From positions 22,012,001 to 22,076,000 of the forward strand of contig OZ249436.1 in NCBI GenBank assembly GCA_965235115.1: 64,000 bases of DNA. Reading direction: 5' to 3'. The stretch is from Laetmonice hystrix. Lineage: Eukaryota. Each line of letters starts with the position of its first letter. The first letter of the stretch is position 1. Positions 60,274-64,000 of the stretch are shown one piece after another. The position numbers were made by a program, and so were the translations under genes. The notes under the pieces were generated by a model that saw only the letters and a program-made list of their open reading frames with translations, did not search any database and was not told where the DNA came from.

Positions 60274-61569
60274 GTCGAATAGTCGGTCTGTGTTTGAGAC
60301 GGTCACTGCTGCCTGACCACAAGGTGATCTGTCCTGTCGAATAGTCGGTCTGTGTTTGAGACGGTCACTGCTGCCTGACCACAAGGTGATCTGTCCTGTC
60401 GAATAGTCGGTCTGTGTTTAAGACGGTCACTGCTGCCTGACCACAAGGTGGTCTGTCCTGTCGAATAGTCAGTCTGTGTTTGAGACGGTCACTGCTGTCT
60501 GACCCCAAGGTGATCTGTCCTGTCGAATAGTCGGTCTGTGTTTGAGACGGTCACTGCTGCCTGACCCCAAGGTGATCTGTCCTGTCGAATAGCCGGTCTG
60601 TGTTTGAGACGGTCACTGCTGCCTGACCACAAGGTGATCTGTCCTGTCGAATAGTCAGTCTGTGTTTGAGACGGTCACTGCTGCCTGACCACAAGGTTAT
60701 CTGTCCTGTCGAATAGTCGGTCTGTGTTTGAGGCGGTCACTGCTGCCTGACCACAAGGTGATCTGTCCTGTCGAATAGTCGGTCTGTGTTTGAGACGGTC
60801 ACTGCTGCCTGACCACAAGGTGATCTGTCCTGTCGAATAGTCAGTCTGTGTTTGAGACGGTCACTGCTGCCTGACCACAAGGTGATCTGTCCTGTCGAAT
60901 AGTCGGTCTGTGTTTGAGACGGTCACTGCTGCCTGACCACAAGGTGATCTGTCCTGTCAAATAGTCGGTCTGTGTTTGAGACGGTCACTGCTGCCTGACC
61001 ACAAGGTGATCTGTCCTGTCGAATAGTCGGTCTGTGTTTGAGACGGTCACTGCTGCCTGACCACAAGGTGATCTGTCCTGTCGAATAGCCGGTCTGTGTT
61101 TGAGACGGTCACTGCTGCCTGACCACAAAGTGATCTGTCCTGTCGAATAGCCAGTCTGTGTTTGAGACGGTTACTGCTGCCTGACCACAAGGTGATCTGT
61201 CCTGTCGAATAGTCAGTCTGTGTTTGAGACGGTCACTGCTGCCTGACCACAAGGTGATCTGTCCTGTCGAATAGTCGGTCTGTGTTTGAGACGGTCACTG
61301 CTGCCTGACCACAGGGTGATCTGTCCTGTCGAATAGTCGGTCTGTGTTTGAGACGGTCACTGCTGCCTGACCACAAGGTGATCTGTCCTGTCGAATAGTC
61401 GGTCTGTGTTTGAGACGGTCACTGCTGCCTGACCACAGGGTGATCTGTCCTGTCGAATAGTCGGTCTGTGTTTGAGACGGTCACTGCTGCCTGACCACAA
61501 GGTGATCTGTCCTGTCTAATAGTCGGTCTGTGTTTGAGACGGTCACTGCTGCCTGACCACAAGGTGATC
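60274..61569. repeat. 62-bp minisatellite, about 21 units
   Basis: Unit GTCGAATAGTCGGTCTGTGTTTGAGACGGTCACTGCTGCCTGACCACAAGGTGATCTGTCCT. Confidence 0.95.
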
Positions 61570-64000
61570 AATGGATGGTAGATGGAAGACACGGAGAATT
61601 TTAATGGCCCAAAGTCTGTGGTTAATCCGCTAGATATAATTATAATCAAGCTGCATACTTCAAAACGGCATCGACACTTTGGTTCCTTTGTTCTACAAGA
61701 AAAGTGTTTTCAAGTCTGACTGAGAGTGGACATCCATTATTCCGCGGTGAATTCGGTTTGAAGTGATTAATCTGTGAATGCCAATCGACATTTTAAACAC
61801 ATTAGACATATTGTCTTCAAGTGTCAGTTTCAAGTCTAGACTAGACTGTATGACGTTGCTCAGACCTTGGGAGAATAATAGAACTTACTGTATGATTCCT
61901 ACAAGATTAGACCCAATAACATTGCTCATGGGTTTTTATTCATGCAAAATATCGTATACCTTAACACCCGGGGGCTGTGAATTCTGGTAAAATATACAAA
62001 ATATTCAGTGTATTATGTATTGATAATTGAGATTTGTTTATCTTTCACATATTTAAGCCTTTCTTTGCCACATTTTCCCGATTGAAGGAAATACCGCGTT
62101 CAATAAATACCTCCTTGGAATATCAGAGCTTTTCGCGCCAACATTCCAACTTAAGGGATCCTGTACTCGGCCGGACGGACTGCGAACGATGGACAGCCCC
62201 ACTCAGCTTACCGGCAGTTGTTTGAAATCTAAGTTGAGGGCCTGATGAGAGGTCGAGGCAGCCGAAGCGGTCAGCGCTCACGGAGAACATGAAAGCTATA
62301 CTCGCCAACGTCTGAGCGATTGGTACTCCTCCACCAGCCGAGGTGTACAGTGTCACCGCTACGGCCCGCGGCACCGCTGCCGGTCCCCACATGATGACTG
62401 GACACCAATGGTATTGTCTTAACGCGCCATCTAATTAACACTAATTAGAACAGGTGGGATGGCCAGGACTGCAGAATACCGGGAGTCAAATACGAGCCCC
62501 CTGTGTGCTACCTACGACGGCTGTCAGGCAGGCGCCGGGCACAGGGGCCACCTTAAAGACAACATACCAAATTTCAAATAATATTTATACAGACTTTGTT
62601 ATAATGGGGCGCCTTAATTAGAAAGGGCAGGTTGCAATTGTATCAATTTGTCCCGAGGGCCTTTCCCTTGGACTAATCAACAGTGGTCCTCTTTCAGGGA
62701 GAGTACAAGCACCATGAGAGGAAGCGTCTACGAGCAGAGTATAGCGAGTGGCCGTGGAAACCTGAGAACATATGATTTATTTCAAAGAGACAACCCGATG
62801 GAAGCGTCTTACAGATAGTATATAGTGTTGTTCATTGCTCATGCCGAGAAAGTAACTTTTGTAGAAACCACGGGAGGGTGTCCTTTTGAAAGGCGAACGC
62901 GTAGATGTCGAACAGAAGCCACACAGGCGCTGACCAAGAGTGGAGAGCACTTCGCTCTATACTTGAACTGCAAGCTTTTCAAAGTATGTTTGAGTGCAAG
63001 CACCTCACTGCAGGGGAGCTTGGTGGATGTTGTTTGTTATGTTTGTCTAATTAACGGTCGGAGGATGAGGCCAATAATTGGCGAACGCTGCAAACTTTTG
63101 TTAAGCGAAGCGCCACCTCTCGGCAGACACGTGTGACGTTTTCATCGAATGAAAACCCGACACAAAGACCTTTTCATCTTGTTGTGAACTCCCAATTCTG
63201 ACACCCTCAGCCCAGTATGCTACTCCAAATACGAACAGCACTTACTGTGTGGGCCACTGGTATTTGAAGGGTATGCGATGTACAGAAAGCGGTGGTAGAA
63301 ACTGTTTGTTTGGAGTGTGTCAGGGTGGAGGGCGGGCAGGTCCCCCCTGAATCTACTGAAAGGTTCGGCACGTGCACAGGGCGTGCGAGGCGCACGTGGG
63401 CCGGGCTGGCGGTGACCTGACAGAGGACCTGACAGAGGGACGCCTACAGGACTGACATCTGCTGTGTCATTTAGTTACATTAGGATGCTATCTGAAGATT
63501 GAGCGAACACACGATCTTCTTCACCCCAGAAGTTAACATCACTATTGACCTTATCTCATATGTAAATCACAGATTTATCACTTGGCGATTACGTACTAAC
63601 AAGTATAATTAACGGAAACCACATGTGGTCGACAATAACATACATTTCGGAGAATGTAAAAGAAAACTAATAATAAAAATATGAATGTGTGCCTTAATGT
63701 AGAACGTTTTCTTACGTGGACATAATGAGTGTCGTCAAGGGGAGTGTCGTTTCTCCAAGTGCAGGATGTCGGCAATATGTTACACCAATCATACAGTTCA
63801 TCTCTTTTTTATATTTTTGACTAAAGTTCCATTTCTACATGTTTACCTCCCGATGCACCGACCTGTTCCTGTCCAATCATTGCGTCTACTAGGCATTGTA
63901 TTTTTGGCAGAATTCCTTCAACTCCTGCCTTTATCTATACCAGTATGTAGGCCTACACGTTTGTCATCAACCCCATGCGCCGGTAACTTTTTCTCAATAA

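Noticed and set aside
51608..61569. CRISPR-like arrays
   Set aside because: Contiguous tandem units without unique spacers, no cas genes, eukaryotic context.
62123..62392. Possible first exon on - (ATG 62392, GGTAAG donor near 62210)
   Set aside because: No homology cue or further exons identifiable; cannot be supported without RNA-seq.

Overview
Eukaryotic, probably marine invertebrate, repeat-dense DNA with no confidently identifiable host gene. Bases 1-43827 are the right-hand part of a head-to-tail array of 16 near-identical copies of a non-autonomous composite-like DNA transposon. Each copy has a 2094-bp internal region (INT) carrying a frameshifted His-Me finger (His-Cys box) endonuclease on + and a convergent, internally deleted DDD/E transposase ORF of 260 aa on -. 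Copies are separated by a 450-bp long terminal direct repeat (LTDR) with its own short inverted termini (AGGTCATGACCC...GGATCATAACCT) and GT spacers. This architecture matches my recollection of the KolobokP lineage of Kolobok transposons; no database search was possible. Unit lengths are 2548 bp (standard), 4364/4368 bp (three units with the same Helentron/HINE-like insertion in the transposase) and 2096 bp (six junctions where the LTDR plus one GT is cleanly missing). The array ends exactly at an LTDR end, against an LTR-like element. Bases 43.8-64 kb hold nested mobile elements (two LTR-like elements, a 4-kb TIR element, MITEs, tRNA-derived SINEs) and minisatellites with 73-, 42- and 62-bp units.
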